From Escherichia coli (GTDB lineage Bacteria; Pseudomonadota; Gammaproteobacteria; Enterobacterales; Enterobacteriaceae), in NCBI RefSeq assembly GCF_044647545.1, contig NZ_CP172818.1: a DNA stretch of 64,000 nucleotides, one strand, 5' to 3'. The notes below the pieces were generated by a model that was not told the DNA's origin, did no database searches, and saw nothing but the letters and a program-made list of their open reading frames with translations. Below are positions 1 to 13,475 of this stretch, in pieces; position 1 is the first letter of the stretch; every line of letters starts with the position of its first letter. The translations under genes and the position numbers were made by a program.

Positions 1-1442
1 TAGAAGCCCAGCAGTACCAGCAGCACCACCAGCAACAGGATCATAAACAGCTCGCGCAGCGACATCCCTGGCAGTTCCTGGCTGGCAATCTGGCTTTTCG
101 CTTTACCGAAGTAAGCGCGATGAAGCATCGCCAGCGAATAAACAGATGCAAAGACCAGCCCAAAGGTAGAGATAACGGTAATCACCGGGACAACCTGGAA
201 GCTGCCGAATAGAATCATAAATTCGCCGACGAAGTTACCGGTGCCTGGCATCCCAAGCGTTGCCACCGCAAAGAACAGCGACAGTGCCGGCAGCCATTTC
301 ATCTTGCTCCACAGACCGCCCATCATGCGCATGTCGCGGGTATGGATACGTTCATAAAGCTGACCGCAGAGAATAAACAGACCCGCCGCCGACAAGCCGT
401 GCGCAATCATCTGAATGACCGCGCCCTGGTAGGCCAACTGGCTGCCGGTGTAGATAGCAATCAGCACGAAACCCATGTGGGAAACCGAGGTGTAGGCGAT
501 CAGACGTTTGATATCGGTCTGGGCGAAGGCCATCCACGCACCGTAGAAGATGCCGATAACACCCAGCCACATAGCGATTGGCGCGAACTCTGCCGACGCG
601 TTCGGGAACAGCGGTAGGGAGAAACGCAGCAGACCGTAAGCGGCGGTTTTCAGCAAGATCCCCGCGAGGTCAACGGAACCGGCAGTCGGTGCCTGGGAGT
701 GCGCATCTGGCAGCCAGCCATGCAGCGGAACCACCGGCATTTTCACCGCAAATGCGATGAAGAAGCCCAGCATCAACAGATATTCCACACCACTGGACAT
801 TGGCGTATTCAGCAGCTCTTCATAGTTGAAGGTCCAGACGCCAGTCGCATTGTAGTGAACAAAAACCAGCGCCAGGATGGCGATCAACATCACCAGACCA
901 CTCGCCTGGGTGTAAATGAAGAACTTGGTTGCCGCCGTGATACGCGTTTTACCATCAGAGGCTTTATGCCCCCACAGTGCGATCAGGAAGTACATCGGCA
1001 CCAGCATCATTTCCCAGAAGAAGAAGAACAGGAACATGTCGATGGCAAGGAACACGCCGATAACGCCGCCCAGGATCCACATCAGGTTGAGGTGGAAGAA
1101 GCCCTGATATTTTTCGATCTCTTTCCACGAACAGAGTACCGCCAGCACGCCGAGCAGACCGGTCAGCACGACCATCAGCAGCGACAGCCCGTCAATGGCG
1201 AGATGGATAGAGATACCAAAACGCGGGATCCACGGCATCTCGAATTCAGACTGCCACTGCGGAATTCCGGCGGATTGCGTCAGTGAATAACCGCCCTGCA
1301 ACCACAGTTGCAGCGACAGCGCCAGCGTCAATCCCATGGTGATCAGCGCGATCCAGCGCGGCACCTTGACGCCAAAGCGTTCGGTCTGCCAGCACAGGAA
1401 GCCGCCGATAAAGGGAATTAATATTAGCCAGGGTAGTAACAT
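1..1442 (-). CDS. nuoM: NADH-quinone oxidoreductase subunit M (partial; 3' end lies beyond window start)
   Basis: Reverse-strand ATG at 1442 followed by MLLPWLILIPFIGGFLCWQ; frame stays open to the window edge; position upstream of nuoL. Confidence 0.9.
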   Translation of the reverse strand, partial: MLLPWLILIPFIGGFLCWQTERFGVKVPRWIALITMGLTLALSLQLWLQGGYSLTQSAGIPQWQSEFEMPWIPRFGISIHLAIDGLSLLMVVLTGLLGVLAVLCSWKEIEKYQGFFHLNLMWILGGVIGVFLAIDMFLFFFFWEMMLVPMYFLIALWGHKASDGKTRITAATKFFIYTQASGLVMLIAILALVFVHYNATGVWTFNYEELLNTPMSSGVEYLLMLGFFIAFAVKMPVVPLHGWLPDAHSQAPTAGSVDLAGILLKTAAYGLLRFSLPLFPNASAEFAPIAMWLGVIGIFYGAWMAFAQTDIKRLIAYTSVSHMGFVLIAIYTGSQLAYQGAVIQMIAHGLSAAGLFILCGQLYERIHTRDMRMMGGLWSKMKWLPALSLFFAVATLGMPGTGNFVGEFMILFGSFQVVPVITVISTFGLVFASVYSLAMLHRAYFGKAKSQIASQELPGMSLRELFMILLLVVLLVLLGF

Positions 1443-1533
1443 GGCGATCTTTATTCCTTGTAAAAGTCCCGTCAGGACCGGATTTTCAACGAATTCTCAC
1501 GACAGAAAATTCTCTTCGGATTGTGGTTGTAGT

Positions 1534-1569
1534 GTCGGATGCGCCGCGAAGGCGGCTTATCCGACCTAC
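1534..1569. repeat. REP-like palindromic unit in nuoM-nuoL spacer
   Basis: gtcggatgcgccgcgaaggcggcttatccgacctac, imperfect GC-rich palindrome of REP type in a 165-bp intergenic gap. Confidence 0.5.
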
Positions 1570-1607
1570 GTTCTTATATGCCCAGGGGCAAGCCCACAAT
1601 CCTTAAC

Positions 1608-3449
1608 TCAACGCAGTACCATCAACAGTGCCAGCACCACGACCGCACCGATGCTCATGGATGCCACATACCAGCGCAGATAACCGTTCTCGCTTAACAG
1701 CAGACCTTTACCTGCAAAGCGGGAAAGGACAGCCGGGATGTTCATCATTGAGTTCAGCGGATCGCGTTTCAGCAACCAGGCAATACCCAGGAACGGCTTG
1801 ACGAACACTTTGTCGTACAGCCAGTCAAAGCCCCAGGCGTTGTACCACCAGGTGCCCAGCAGACGGCCCGGCGCACTGTTGGCGATGGAGGTCACCAGAG
1901 TACGTTTACCCAGCCACAGCCAGGCAGCCAGCAGAATGCCGACCACCGCGACCACGCCAGAGGTAATTTCCAGGGTCAACATGCTGCCGTGCGCCAGCTC
2001 TGTCGTTTGCGGAAGCACGCCCTGCAGCGGCGGTACAATCAGTGCGCCAACGAAGGTGGAAAGGATCAGCAGCACAATCAGCGGCAGGCTGTGAGTTACC
2101 CCTTTCACGGCGTGAGCGTGAATTTGTTCTTTTCCGTGGAAGACGATGAAAATCATACGGAAGGTATAAAGCGAGGTCATAAACGCACCGACCAGACCTG
2201 CCACCATCAGATTGATATGACCATTCGCCATCGCACCCGCGAGGATCTCATCCTTACTGAAGAAGCCCGCAGTGACCAGCGGCAGTGCCGACAGTGCTGC
2301 GCCGCCCACCAGGAAGCAGAGATAAACCAGCGGAATAGATTTACGCAGACCGCCCATCTTGAAGATGTTCTGTTCGTGATGGCAGGCCAGAATGACGGAA
2401 CCGGATGCCAGGAACAGCAGCGCTTTAAAGAACGCGTGAGTCATCAAGTGGAAAATCGCCGCATCCCATGCCTGCACGCCAAGCGCGAGGAACATGTAGC
2501 CAATCTGGCTCATGGTAGAGTAAGCGAGAACACGTTTGATATCGGTCTGTACCAGCGCGGCAAAACCGGCCAGCAGCAGCGTAACCGCCCCAACAATGCC
2601 CACCAGATGCAGAACTTCCGGCGTCATCAGGAACAGGCCGTGGGTACGGGCGATCAGGTAGACACCCGCGGTTACCATCGTTGCGGCGTGGATCAGCGCG
2701 GAGACAGGCGTCGGGCCCGCCATCGCGTCGGCAAGCCATGTCTGCAACGGCAACTGCGCAGATTTACCGACCGCACCGCCCAGCAGCATCAGCGTCGCCC
2801 ACATCAGCATGTTATTGCCATCAGCAAAGTGCGCTGGTGCCAGTTCCACCATTTCGCGGAAGTTCAGGGTGCCCAGTTCGTTGTAGAGAATGAACAGCGC
2901 GAAAGCGAGGAACACGTCACCCACACGGGTCACGACGAACGCTTTCATTGCCGCTGCGCCATTCTTCGGATCGGTGTAATAGAAACCGATCAGCAGATAG
3001 GAGCACAGGCCCACGCCTTCCCAGCCGAGGTACATCAGCAGCAGGTTGTCGGCAAGCACCAGAACCACCATGCTGGCGATGAACAGGTTAGTGTAGGCGA
3101 AGAAGCGAGAGTAGCCCTCTTCACCGCGCATGTACCAGGAGGCGTACATGTGGATCAGGAAACCCACACCTGTGACCACCGAGAGCATAGTCAGCGACAG
3201 GCCGTCCAGCACCAGGTTAAAACCGATGTTAAAGTCGCCTACCGACATCCACGTCCACAGCGGCTGGCTGTATGCCTGCTCACCGTTAGCGAAGAAGTCA
3301 ACGCCGATAAAGGCAGTTACCAGCGCCGCCAGGCCCACAGAGCCAACGCCCACGATCGCCGAGACGTTTTCAGACCAACGCCCACGGGAGAACGCCAGCA
3401 GGACAAAGCCAATCAATGGCAAAATAATGGTTAAGGCAAGCATGTTCAT
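1608..3449 (-). CDS. nuoL: NADH-quinone oxidoreductase subunit L
   Basis: 613-aa polytopic membrane ORF, antiporter-like complex I subunit; operon position. Confidence 0.95.
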
Positions 3450-3748
3450 CCGCGCATCTCACTTACTGAATCGATGTTCAGGTTCTGGCGACGACGGTGA
3501 AGTTGCAGCAGCAGCGCAAGGCCGATACTTGCTTCTGCCGCCGCGAGGCTGATGGCGAGAATGTACATCACCTGACCGTCGGTCTGGCCCCAGTAGCTTC
3601 CGGCGACCACAAAGGCCAGCGCGGAGGCGTTAATCATGATTTCCAGACCAATCAGCATAAACAGCAGATTGCGACGGATAACCAGACCGGTTAAGCCAAG
3701 AACGAATAAGATTGCCGCGAGGATCAGTCCATGTTGTAAGGGGATCAT
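3446..3748 (-). CDS. nuoK: NADH-quinone oxidoreductase subunit K
   Basis: 100-aa hydrophobic ORF; 4-nt overlap with nuoL start. Confidence 0.95.
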
Positions 3749-4299
3749 GCGTGCTCCTCCGTTTTTCTTTTCGCGCTGTCGTCTTTACGATTACTCAGCA
3801 CTTCACCCGCTCGCTCTTCACGACCAACGTGGAAGGCCACAACCAGACCCGCGAGCAGCAGCATAGAAGCCAGTTCCACCGCCAGTACGTAAGGCCCGAA
3901 CAGCGTAATACCCACTGCTTTAGCACTGATTGGCGTACCGTCGATACCCTGATCATTAACACCAAGGATGGCGTAAACAATCACCACCAGCATGATGGCC
4001 GACAAAATCGCCGGACCAATCCACACCTGCGGTTTCAGCCACTGGCGTTCCTGTTCGATTTCTGAACCGCCCAGGTTGAGCATCATCACCACGAACACGA
4101 ACAGCACCATAATGGCACCCGCATAGACGATAATTTCCAGCGCACCGGCGAAGTAAGCGCCCAGTGAGAAGAACACCCCAGAGATCGCCAGCAGCGAAAT
4201 AATCAGGTACAGCAGTGCGTGTACCGGATTGGTATGAGTGATCACTCGCAAGGTCGCAAGTATGGCTATCAGGCCACAGATATAAAAAGCGAACTCCAT
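3745..4299 (-). CDS. nuoJ: NADH-quinone oxidoreductase subunit J
   Basis: 184-aa membrane ORF; stop overlaps nuoK start. Confidence 0.95.
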
Positions 4300-4310
4300 T
4301 GCCCCTCTCC

Positions 4311-4853
4311 TTACGGTAACAGGCTCTTGACGTCGATAGGCTTGGCTTCGTTCTCTGCTTCGCCCTTATCTTTGCCGTCGATTGCCATACCTGCCATCCG
4401 GTAGAAGTTATATTCCGGGTATTTGCCCGGACCGGAGATCAGCAGATCCTCTTTCTCGTAAACCAGATCCTGGCGCTTGTATTCCCCCATTTCGAAATCC
4501 GGGGTTAACTGAATCGCCGTGGTCGGACAGGCTTCTTCGCACAGACCACAGAAAATGCAGCGTGAGAAGTTGATGCGGAAAAATTCCGGATACCAGCGAC
4601 CGTCTTTGGTTTCTGCTTTTTGCAGCGAGATACAGCCGACCGGGCAGGCTACCGCGCAGAGGTTACAGGCTACGCAACGCTCTTCGCCGTCCGGATCGCG
4701 GGTCAGAACGATACGACCACGATAACGGGGCGGCAGATAGACCGGCTCTTCCGGGTACATTCGCGTTTCGCGTTTGGCGAACGCGTGCAGGCCGATCATC
4801 CAGATACTACGAACCTGGGTGCCGAAACCTACTAACAATTCTTTTAAGGTCAT
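4311..4853 (-). CDS. nuoI: NADH-quinone oxidoreductase subunit I (2x[4Fe-4S] ferredoxin-type)
   Basis: 180 aa; two CxxCxxCxxxCP motifs ([24 protein letters not shown]). Confidence 0.95.
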
Positions 4854-4867
4854 GGTCTTATTGCCCC

Positions 4868-5845
4868 TTATTGCGCCTGCCAGAGAATGACAGCCGCCGT
4901 TACCAGCAAGTTGATCAGCGTCAGCGGCAGGCAGATTTTCCAGCCGAAGGACATTACCTGGTCATAACGCGGACGCGGTAACGACGCACGAATCAAAATG
5001 AACATCATCATAAAGAACGCGGTTTTCAGCGCGAACCAGATGAATGGCGGTAACAACGGGCCTTGCCAGCCACCGAAGAACAGCGTCACCATCAGTGCAG
5101 AGATGGTCACAATCCCGATGTATTCGCCCACGAAGAACAGACCGAACTTCATGCCGGAATATTCAATGTGGTAACCATCCGCCAGTTCCTGCTCGGCTTC
5201 CGGCTGGTCAAACGGGTGACGGTGACACACCGCCACGCCCGCGATGGCAAAGGTAATAAAACCAAAGAATTGCGGGATGACGTTCCACACATGCGCCTGG
5301 CTGTTGACGATGTCGGTCATGTTGAATGAACCGGCCTGCGCCACCACGCCCATCAGGGAAAGCCCGAGGAACACTTCGTAGCTCAGAGTCTGCGCAGAAG
5401 CACGCATCGCCCCCAGCAACGAGTATTTGTTGTTACTTGACCAGCCCGCAAACAGCACCGCGTAGACCGCCAGACCGGCCATCATCAGGAAGAACAAAAT
5501 CCCGATGTTCAGGTCGGCAACCACCCAACCCGGACTGACTGGCACAATCGCAAAGGCCAGCAGCAGCGAGGTAAAGGCAATCATCGGCGCCAGGGTAAAG
5601 ATGACGCGATCCGAGAATTTCGGGATCCAGTCTTCTTTAAAGAACATTTTGATCATGTCCGCAACCAGCTGGAGCGAACCGCCCCAGCCAACACGGTTAG
5701 GTCCGTAACGGTTCTGGAACAGCCCCAGCAGGCGACGTTCGCCAAAGCTCATGAAAGCCCCACAGGTGACAACCACCAGCAGGATCACCACCGCTTTGAG
5801 GATGGTCAGCAGGATCTCAATCAGTTCCGGTGTTATCCAACTCAT
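4868..5845 (-). CDS. nuoH: NADH-quinone oxidoreductase subunit H
   Basis: 325-aa membrane ORF; operon position. Confidence 0.95.
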
Positions 5846-8568
5846 TGCTGTGCCTCCTTGAGATCCTCAAGATGCGCGCCAGCCAGCACCGGAGCAATGC
5901 CGGACATACCCATCGGCAAGCCCACCTGCCCTGCCGTCAGTCCTTCGGCGATTTCAACCGGCAGCGTGACCGTGTTGCCATCGTAACTAAAGGAGACGCG
6001 TGTACCTGCGTTCACACCCAACTTCGCGGCATCCGCTGGGTTGAGTTTGATGTACGGCTGCGGCATACGGCTCTGGAAGACCGGAGCACGCTGTGACAAT
6101 TCATCGCTGCCAAACAGGTGGTAATACGGCGCGATACGCCATTTCCCGTCCTGCGGCTGGAAGCGTGCCGGTACGCTGGTGAAGTAATCCAGACCATTTT
6201 CGCTGGTTTCAAACAGACGCACGCCCGGATCGCCAAAGCGCAGTTTGCCGCCCACTTCGTCCTGGAATTTGTTCCACGCCTGCGGGGAGTTCCAGCCCGG
6301 TGCCCAGGCAAACGGCACTTGCGAACGGTGCGCGGTCGGCTGGTTGTTACCTTCCATCGAGAAGGTGAACATGGTGTCAATATCCTGCGGCTGACGCGGC
6401 TCATGAACGCTGATATTGGCGCGCATGGCGGTACGACCGCTGTAACGGTGCGGCTCACGGGCCAGTTTCTGCCCACGAATACGGAATGTCGCATCCGGCG
6501 CAGCATCTTTGATACCCGCCAGTTCCGGGATTTTCGCCACAACAGCGTCAATCACATGGTCGAGCTGCGTCCAGTCCACTTCACGGCTCAGCAGGGTGCT
6601 GTGCAGCGAGTGTAACCAACGCCAGCTTTCCAGCATGACAGTTTTGCTGTCGTAATAAGCCGGATCGTAAACCTGGAAGAAACGTTGGGCACGGCCTTCG
6701 TTGTTAATCACCGTACCGTCGCTTTCAGCAAAGCTGGCAGCAGAAAGTACCAGATGGGCGTTTTCCATAATCGCTGTGCGTTGATGGTCAACCACCATCA
6801 CCAGCGGCGCTTTAGCCAGCGCAGCATTCACGCGGGTAGCAGAAGCGTGACGATGCAGATCGTTTTCCAACACCACCACCGCGTCGGCGCGTCCGGTTTC
6901 CAGTTCGGTTAACGCTTCTTCAAGCGATCCACCGCCCATAATGCCCAGCCCCATGCTGTTGACGGAACGGGCAATCATGGTGATACCGACGTCAGCGCCG
7001 CGACCTTTCAGGGCTTTCGCCACGTTAGCCGCTGCCTGAATCACTTCAGCGCTACCAGCGTTCGTCCCGGAGATAATCAACGGTTTCTTCGCACCAGCCA
7101 GTGCCTGCACGATGACGTCGATTTTGCTTTGCAGCTCAGGTTCGATACCGTCAACCGCTGGCGCGGAGTTATCCAGCGCATGGGCGATGGCAAAACCTAA
7201 ACGCGCCTGATCTTCAACCGGTGCGCGGTAAGTCCACGCCGCGATATCATCCAGACGGGTGTCATCAACGTTGGTAACAAACAGCGGATGCTTCGCACGT
7301 TGACCGATGTTGAGGATTGCCGCAATCTGCCAGTCAGCCACTTTCTGTGCTGCCGCCATTTCGCGTGCTTTACCTTTCACCGCCTGACGAACTGCCAGCG
7401 CGACGCGCGCGCCGGTCTGGGTAACGTCTTCGCCCAGCACCAGTACCGCATCGTAAGATTCAATTTCGCGTAAGGCCGGAGTATAAATGCCGCCTTCGCG
7501 CAGAACTTTTAGCGCCAGTTGCAGACGTTCCTGCTCACCGTGAGCGATACCGGTATAGAAGTTTTCTTCGCCCACCAGCTCACGCAGCGCAAAGTTGCTT
7601 TCCACGCTGGCACGCGGAGAACCAATACCGATCACTTTCTTCGACTGACGCAGAATATCTGCTGCGCCCTGCATTGCCTGTTCGGCGTTGAGGGTAATGA
7701 AATCATTGCCACGACGCTGTACTGGCTGACGCGGACGATCTTTCAGGTTGACGTAACCGTAACCGAAACGACCACGGTCGCAGAGGAAGTAGTGGTTTAC
7801 CGTACCGTTGTAACGGTTTTCGATACGACGCAGTTCGCCATAACGCTCGCCGGGGCTGATGTTACAGCCGATGGAACATTGCTGGCAGATGCTCGGCGCA
7901 AACTGCATATCCCATTTACGGTTGTAACGCTCGGAGTGCGTTTTATCGGTAAATACGCCAGTCGGGCAAATTTCGACCAGGTTACCGGAAAATTCGCTTT
8001 CCAGCGTGCCGTCTTCCGGGCGACCGAAGTAGACGTTGTCGTGCGCACCGTAAACGCCCAGGTCCGTACCGTCAGCGTAATCTTTGTAGTAACGCACGCA
8101 GCGGTAGCAGGCGATGCAGCGGTTCATTTCGTGAGAGATGAACGGCCCCAAATCCTGATTACGGTGGGTACGTTTGGTGAAACGGTAGCGACGGAAACTG
8201 TGTCCGGTCATCACGGTCATATCCTGAAGATGGCAGTTACCGCCTTCTTCACATACCGGACAGTCGTGCGGGTGGTTGGTCATTAACCACTCGACCACAC
8301 TTTCACGGAATTGCTTCGCTTCTTCGTCGTCAATGGAAATAAAGGTGCCATCGGAAGCCGGTGTCATACAGGACATCACCAGGCGACCACGCGTGTCTTC
8401 CGCGTTTTGGTATTGCTTTACCGCACACTGGCGGCAAGCACCGACACTTCCCAGCGCCGGATGCCAGCAAAAGTAAGGAATATCAAGGCCCAGAGACAGA
8501 CAAGCTTCCAGCAGGTTGTCCGCTCCGTTGACCTCGTATTCTTTGCCGTCTACATGAATTGTAGCCAT
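5842..8568 (-). CDS. nuoG: NADH-quinone oxidoreductase subunit G
   Basis: ORF 5842..8574 (910 codons); N-terminal 2Fe-2S and 4Fe-4S cysteine clusters ([27 protein letters not shown]); start taken at third codon (MATIHV, 908 aa), alternative start 8574. Confidence 0.93.
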   Translation of the reverse strand: MATIHVDGKEYEVNGADNLLEACLSLGLDIPYFCWHPALGSVGACRQCAVKQYQNAEDTRGRLVMSCMTPASDGTFISIDDEEAKQFRESVVEWLMTNHPHDCPVCEEGGNCHLQDMTVMTGHSFRRYRFTKRTHRNQDLGPFISHEMNRCIACYRCVRYYKDYADGTDLGVYGAHDNVYFGRPEDGTLESEFSGNLVEICPTGVFTDKTHSERYNRKWDMQFAPSICQQCSIGCNISPGERYGELRRIENRYNGTVNHYFLCDRGRFGYGYVNLKDRPRQPVQRRGNDFITLNAEQAMQGAADILRQSKKVIGIGSPRASVESNFALRELVGEENFYTGIAHGEQERLQLALKVLREGGIYTPALREIESYDAVLVLGEDVTQTGARVALAVRQAVKGKAREMAAAQKVADWQIAAILNIGQRAKHPLFVTNVDDTRLDDIAAWTYRAPVEDQARLGFAIAHALDNSAPAVDGIEPELQSKIDVIVQALAGAKKPLIISGTNAGSAEVIQAAANVAKALKGRGADVGITMIARSVNSMGLGIMGGGSLEEALTELETGRADAVVVLENDLHRHASATRVNAALAKAPLVMVVDHQRTAIMENAHLVLSAASFAESDGTVINNEGRAQRFFQVYDPAYYDSKTVMLESWRWLHSLHSTLLSREVDWTQLDHVIDAVVAKIPELAGIKDAAPDATFRIRGQKLAREPHRYSGRTAMRANISVHEPRQPQDIDTMFTFSMEGNNQPTAHRSQVPFAWAPGWNSPQAWNKFQDEVGGKLRFGDPGVRLFETSENGLDYFTSVPARFQPQDGKWRIAPYYHLFGSDELSQRAPVFQSRMPQPYIKLNPADAAKLGVNAGTRVSFSYDGNTVTLPVEIAEGLTAGQVGLPMGMSGIAPVLAGAHLEDLKEAQQ

Positions 8569-8620
8569 TAGCATGCTTCCAGTTTTCTCGGTCAGGGACC
8601 GAGCGTTAATCGAAATTCGG

Positions 8621-9958
8621 TTACCAGCGCTCTTTCAGCAGGTTCGGCTGAATCCCATTAATCAAATGGGTATTGCTGAACGGCTGTTTGATTCCCGCCT
8701 CAAATTCTTCGCGGAAATATTTGATGGCGCTCTGTAACGGCTCCACTGCACCAGGTGCGTGGGCACAGAAGGTTTTACCCGGGCCTAAGAATCGACACAG
8801 TTGCTCAAGTGTTTCGATATCGCCCGGCTGACCTTCGCCACGCTCCAGCGCACGCAGAATTTTCACGCTCCATGGCAGACCGTCTCGGCACGGCGTACAC
8901 CAGCCGCAGGACTCACGGGCGAAAAACTCTTCCAGGTTACGTACCAGCGACACCATGTTGATTTCATGGTCAACCGCCATCGCCAGCGCCGTACCCAGAC
9001 GGCTTCCCGCTTTACCGATGCTTTCGAATTCCATCGGCAGGTCAAGATGCGCTTCGGTCAGGAAATCGGTGCCCGCACCACCTGGCTGCCAGGCTTTGAA
9101 TTTCAGGCCGTCACGCATACCACCAGCGTAATCTTCAAGGATTTCACGCGCGGTGGTGCCGAACGGCAGTTCCCACAGGCCCGGATTTTTCACCCGACCG
9201 GAGAAGCCCATCAGCTTGGTGCCAGCATCTTTGCTTTTCGAGATGTTCTGATACCACTCCACGCCGTTCGCGAGGATCGCCGGAACGTTGCACAGGGTTT
9301 CAACGTTGTTGACGCAGGTCGGTTTACCCCATGCACCGGAGGTTGCCGGGAATGGCGGCTTCGAGCGCGGGTTAGCGCGACGCCCTTCCAGGGAGTTGAT
9401 TAACGCTGTTTCTTCACCGCAGATATAGCGCCCTGCCCCGGTATGGACAAACAGCTCGAAATCGAAACCTGTTCCCATAATGTTTTTGCCAAGCAGACCC
9501 GCTTCGGTCGCTTCGGCAATAGCACGGCGCAGATTCACTGCCGCTTCAATATATTCGCCACGCAGGAAGATGTAGCCACGATACGCTTTCAGCGCAAACG
9601 CAGAAATGAGCATACCTTCCACCAGCAGGTGCGGTAGTTGCTCCATCAGCAGGCGGTCTTTATAGGTGCCCGGCTCCATTTCATCGGCATTACACAGCAG
9701 GTAACGGATGTTCATGGATTCGTCTTTCGGCATCAGGCTCCACTTCAGGCCAGTAGAAAAGCCCGCGCCGCCGCGCCCTTTCAGGCCAGAGTCTTTAACC
9801 TGATTAACGATTTCGTCAGGAGACAACCCGGTCAGCGCCTTACGCGCGCCTTCGTAACCGTTTTTACTGCGATATTCGTCCAGCCACACTGGCTGTTTGT
9901 CATCGCGCAGACGCCAGGTCAGCGGATGCGTTTCGGGAGTACGGATAATGTTTTTCAT
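8621..9958 (-). CDS. nuoF: NADH-quinone oxidoreductase subunit F (NADH/FMN-binding)
   Basis: 445 aa; [19 protein letters not shown] motif and C-terminal [10 protein letters not shown] 4Fe-4S motif. Confidence 0.95.
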   Translation of the reverse strand: MKNIIRTPETHPLTWRLRDDKQPVWLDEYRSKNGYEGARKALTGLSPDEIVNQVKDSGLKGRGGAGFSTGLKWSLMPKDESMNIRYLLCNADEMEPGTYKDRLLMEQLPHLLVEGMLISAFALKAYRGYIFLRGEYIEAAVNLRRAIAEATEAGLLGKNIMGTGFDFELFVHTGAGRYICGEETALINSLEGRRANPRSKPPFPATSGAWGKPTCVNNVETLCNVPAILANGVEWYQNISKSKDAGTKLMGFSGRVKNPGLWELPFGTTAREILEDYAGGMRDGLKFKAWQPGGAGTDFLTEAHLDLPMEFESIGKAGSRLGTALAMAVDHEINMVSLVRNLEEFFARESCGWCTPCRDGLPWSVKILRALERGEGQPGDIETLEQLCRFLGPGKTFCAHAPGAVEPLQSAIKYFREEFEAGIKQPFSNTHLINGIQPNLLKERW

Positions 9959-10455
9959 TTATACCGCTCCAGCAGTTCAGGGATCGCTTCCGGGGTCAGA
10001 TGCGCGTGAGTATCCTCATCGATCATCATGTTTGGCCCTTTATCGCAGTTCCCCAGGCAGCAGGTTGGCAGCAGCGTAAAGCGACCGTCAAACGTGGTTT
10101 GCCCTGGTTTGATATTCAGTTTTTTCTCCAGCGCTGCCTGAATGCCCTGGTAACCGTTGATGTGACAGACCACGCTGTCGCAATAACGGATCACATGGCG
10201 GCCTACTGGCTGGCGGAAGATCTGACTGTAGAATGTAGCCACGCCTTCGACATCGCTTGCGGGAATACCCAGAACATCAGCGATCGCGTGGATCGCGCCG
10301 TCCGGCACCCAGCCACGCTGCTTCTGAACGATTTTCAGCGCTTCAATGGACGCCGCACGCGGGTCTTCGTAGTGGTGCATCTCGTGCTCAATCGCTTCAC
10401 GCTCAGCCGCACTCAGCTCAAAAGCCTCGGTTTGTGGTTGTTGATTCTCGTGCAT
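9955..10455 (-). CDS. nuoE: NADH-quinone oxidoreductase subunit E
   Basis: 166 aa; thioredoxin-like 2Fe-2S cysteines ([10 protein letters not shown]...[10 protein letters not shown]); overlaps nuoF start. Confidence 0.95.
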
Positions 10456-10457
10456 AA

Positions 10458-12260
10458 TTAGCGGTCCACATCTGACATAACAAAATCGATACTGCCCAGA
10501 TAAACAATCAGGTCAGACACCAGGCTGCCGCGGATCGCCGCCGGAATTTGCTGCAAATGCGCATAACTCGGCGTACGGATACGGGTGCGATAACTCATGG
10601 TGCTACCGTCGCTGGTCAGGTAGTAACTGTTGATCCCCTTGGTCGCCTCAATCATCTGGAAGGATTCATTGGCAGGCATCACCGGCCCCCACGACACTTG
10701 CAGGAAGTGGGTGATCAGGGTTTCGATATGTTGCAACGTGCGCTCTTTCGGCGGCGGCGTGGTCAGCGGGTGATCCGCTTTGAACGGGCCTTCCGGCATG
10801 TTGTTGAGGCACTGCTCAAGAATGCGCAGACTCTGGCGCAGCTCTTCCACTTTCAGCATTACGCGGGTGTAGCAGTCAGAAACGCCACCACCCACCGGGA
10901 TTTCAAAGTCGAAGTTTTCATAGCCAGAATAAGGACGCGCCTTACGCACGTCGAAGTCGATCCCGGTGGCACGCAGGCCCGCGCCGGTGGTGCCCCACTC
11001 CAGCGCCTCTTTCGCGCCGTAAGCGGCAACGCCCTGGGAACGACCTTTCAGAATGGTATTTTGCAGCGCCGCTTTCTCGTAAGACGCCAGACGTTTCGGC
11101 ATCCAGTCGAGGAACTCACGCAGCAGGCGATCCCAACCGCGCGGCAGGTCGTGCGCTACGCCGCCAATACGGAACCACGCCGGGTGCATACGAAAACCCG
11201 TGATCGCTTCCACCAGATCGTAAATTTTCTGACGATCGGTAAAGGCGAAGAACACTGGCGTCATCGCGCCGACGTCCTGAATAAAGGTGGAGATATACAG
11301 CAGATGGCTGTTGATGCGGAACAGCTCAGAAAGCATTACGCGAATGACGTTAACGCGATCCGGCACGGTGATCCCGGCCAGTTTCTCTACCGCCAGCACA
11401 TAAGGCATTTCGTTAACGCAGCCGCCGAGGTATTCGATACGGTCGGTATACGGAATGTAGCTATGCCAGGACTGGCGCTCGCCCATTTTCTCCGCACCAC
11501 GGTGGTGGTAGCCGATGTCTGGTACGCAGTCGACAATCTCTTCGCCATCGAGCTGCAAAACGATACGGAAAGCACCGTGCGCCGACGGGTGGTTCGGACC
11601 GAGGTTGAGGAACATGAAGTCCTCGTTTTCGGTGCCGCGCTTCATCCCCCACTCTTCCGGTTTGAAGGTCAGGGCTTCCATTTCCAGATCCTGTTTGGCT
11701 TTGGTCAGCTCAAACGGCGAGAATTCGGTAGCGCGCGCCGGGTAATCTTTACGCAGCGGATGACCTTTCCAGGTTTGCGGCATCATGATGCGGCGCAAAT
11801 TAGGATGACCGTCGAAAGTAATGCCAAACAGATCCCAGGTCTCACGCTCATACCAGTTAGCGTTCGGGAACAGTTTGGTGAAGGTCGGTACGTGCAGGTC
11901 GTTTTCTGCCAGCGCCACCTTCAGCATGATGTCGCGGTTACGATCGATAGAAATCAGATGGTAGAAAACGGAAAAATCCGCGGCAGGTAACCCTTCGCGG
12001 TGTGTGCGCAGACGTTCGTCCATGCCGTGTAAGTCAAACAGCATGACGTAAGGTTTCGGCAGTTTCTTTAAGAAATCGCCAACTTCCAGTAATTGTTCAC
12101 GCTTGATCCACACAACGGGAACCCCGGTGCGAGTCGCCTGAACAGTAAAGGCATCCGGCCCAAAACGGTTGCGCAGTTCGCCAATCACCGGATCATCAAG
12201 ATGATCGCGGGTCTGCCAGGCGGGTTCTTGCGCGGTTAAGTCGGTCATATTGTTCACCAT
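10458..12260 (-). CDS. nuoC: NADH-quinone oxidoreductase fused subunit C/D
   Basis: 600-codon ORF combining NuoC-like N-terminal and NuoD-like C-terminal halves; start may be 4 codons downstream (MTDLTAQ). Confidence 0.93.
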
Positions 12261-12353
12261 TGCAAATGGTCCGTGGTGACTGTCGGCGCAGTAAGCTTCG
12301 CGAAATAGATTTAGGAATAAGCGAAGAAAAATCCCTTTGCCGACAGGCGCAAA

Positions 12354-13016
12354 TTAAATCTCGTCAGGTGTACGCAGGTTGGTTACGGCAATGCGTTCAC
12401 CGCGCTTGCGTTCGCGCTCTGATTGCATATTGGCGCGATAAACGCCCTGATCGCCAACCACCCAGGAGAGCGGACGACGTTCTTTGCCGATAGATTCCTG
12501 CAACAGCATCAGTGCCTGCATGTACGCTTCAGGACGCGGCGGGCAGCCCGGGATATACACATCAACCGGGATGAATTTATCGACGCCCTGCACAACGGAA
12601 TAAATATCGTACATACCGCCGGAGTTGGCACAGGCACCCATTGAGATAACCCATTTTGGTTCCAGCATCTGGTCATACAGACGCTGAATAACCGGTGCCA
12701 TTTTGGTAAAGCAGGTTCCTGCCACCACCATCAGGTCAGCCTGACGCGGCGAAGCACGCAATACTTCTGCGCCAAAACGCGCCACGTCATGCACCGCGGT
12801 AAACGAAGTCACCATCTCAACGTAACAGCAGGAAAGACCGAAGTTATACGGCCAAATTGAGTTTTTACGACCCCAGTTAACCATGTCATTGAGCTTGCCC
12901 ATAAACACGTTTTTGTTAACTTCTTGCTCCAGAGGGTCGGTTACGATCTCCTGCTTTTGCAGGGGGTAACGGTCGTTCTCACCGTTGGGATCTATGCGGG
13001 TGAGCGTATAATCCAT
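12354..13016 (-). CDS. nuoB: NADH-quinone oxidoreductase subunit B
   Basis: 220 aa; conserved cysteines of the N2 cluster ([18 protein letters not shown]). Confidence 0.95.
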
Positions 13017-13031
13017 CTTAATGCCTCGCGG

Positions 13032-13475
13032 TTAGCGTTGACGATTAGCGATACTGTTCGTTTCCGGGTTCATACGCTCGCGGCGTGAACGCGCGGGCGT
13101 CCAGTCCAGCGCGCCAATACGCACCAGATAAACCAGACCTGCCAGTAACACAAAAATAAAAATTGCAGCTTCCACAAAGCCTACCCAGCCGCTTTCGCGG
13201 ATAGAGGTTGACCATGCGAACAGATACAGCGCTTCAACGTCGAAGATAACGAAGAACATGGCCACCAGATAAAACTTGGCGGACAGGCGTAAGCGGGCGG
13301 AGCCGACCGAGTCGATACCGGATTCAAACGGAACGTTTTTCGACCTTGCGCGTGCGCGACCGCCTAAAAACCAACCGCCTACCAGCATCAGGCAACACAG
13401 GCCAATGGCAACGATAAGAAAGATAGCGAATGCCCAGTGATGAGCGATGACTTCAGTGGATGTTGACATACTCAT
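13032..13475 (-). CDS. nuoA: NADH-quinone oxidoreductase subunit A
   Basis: 147-aa membrane ORF, first gene of the operon. Confidence 0.95.

Noticed and set aside
699-1286. 195-codon plus-strand ORF inside nuoM
   Set aside because: Antisense to nuoM; His/Gln/Arg/Glu-rich, no start context.
1989-3434. 481-codon plus-strand ORF antisense to nuoL; similar long antisense ORFs at 10548..11990, 7519..8286, 48943..49851, 61305..62075, 39448..40029, 37386..38156, 55637..56296
   Set aside because: Same artefact: each lies fully inside a well-supported gene on the other strand and translates to low-complexity Arg/His-rich sequence.
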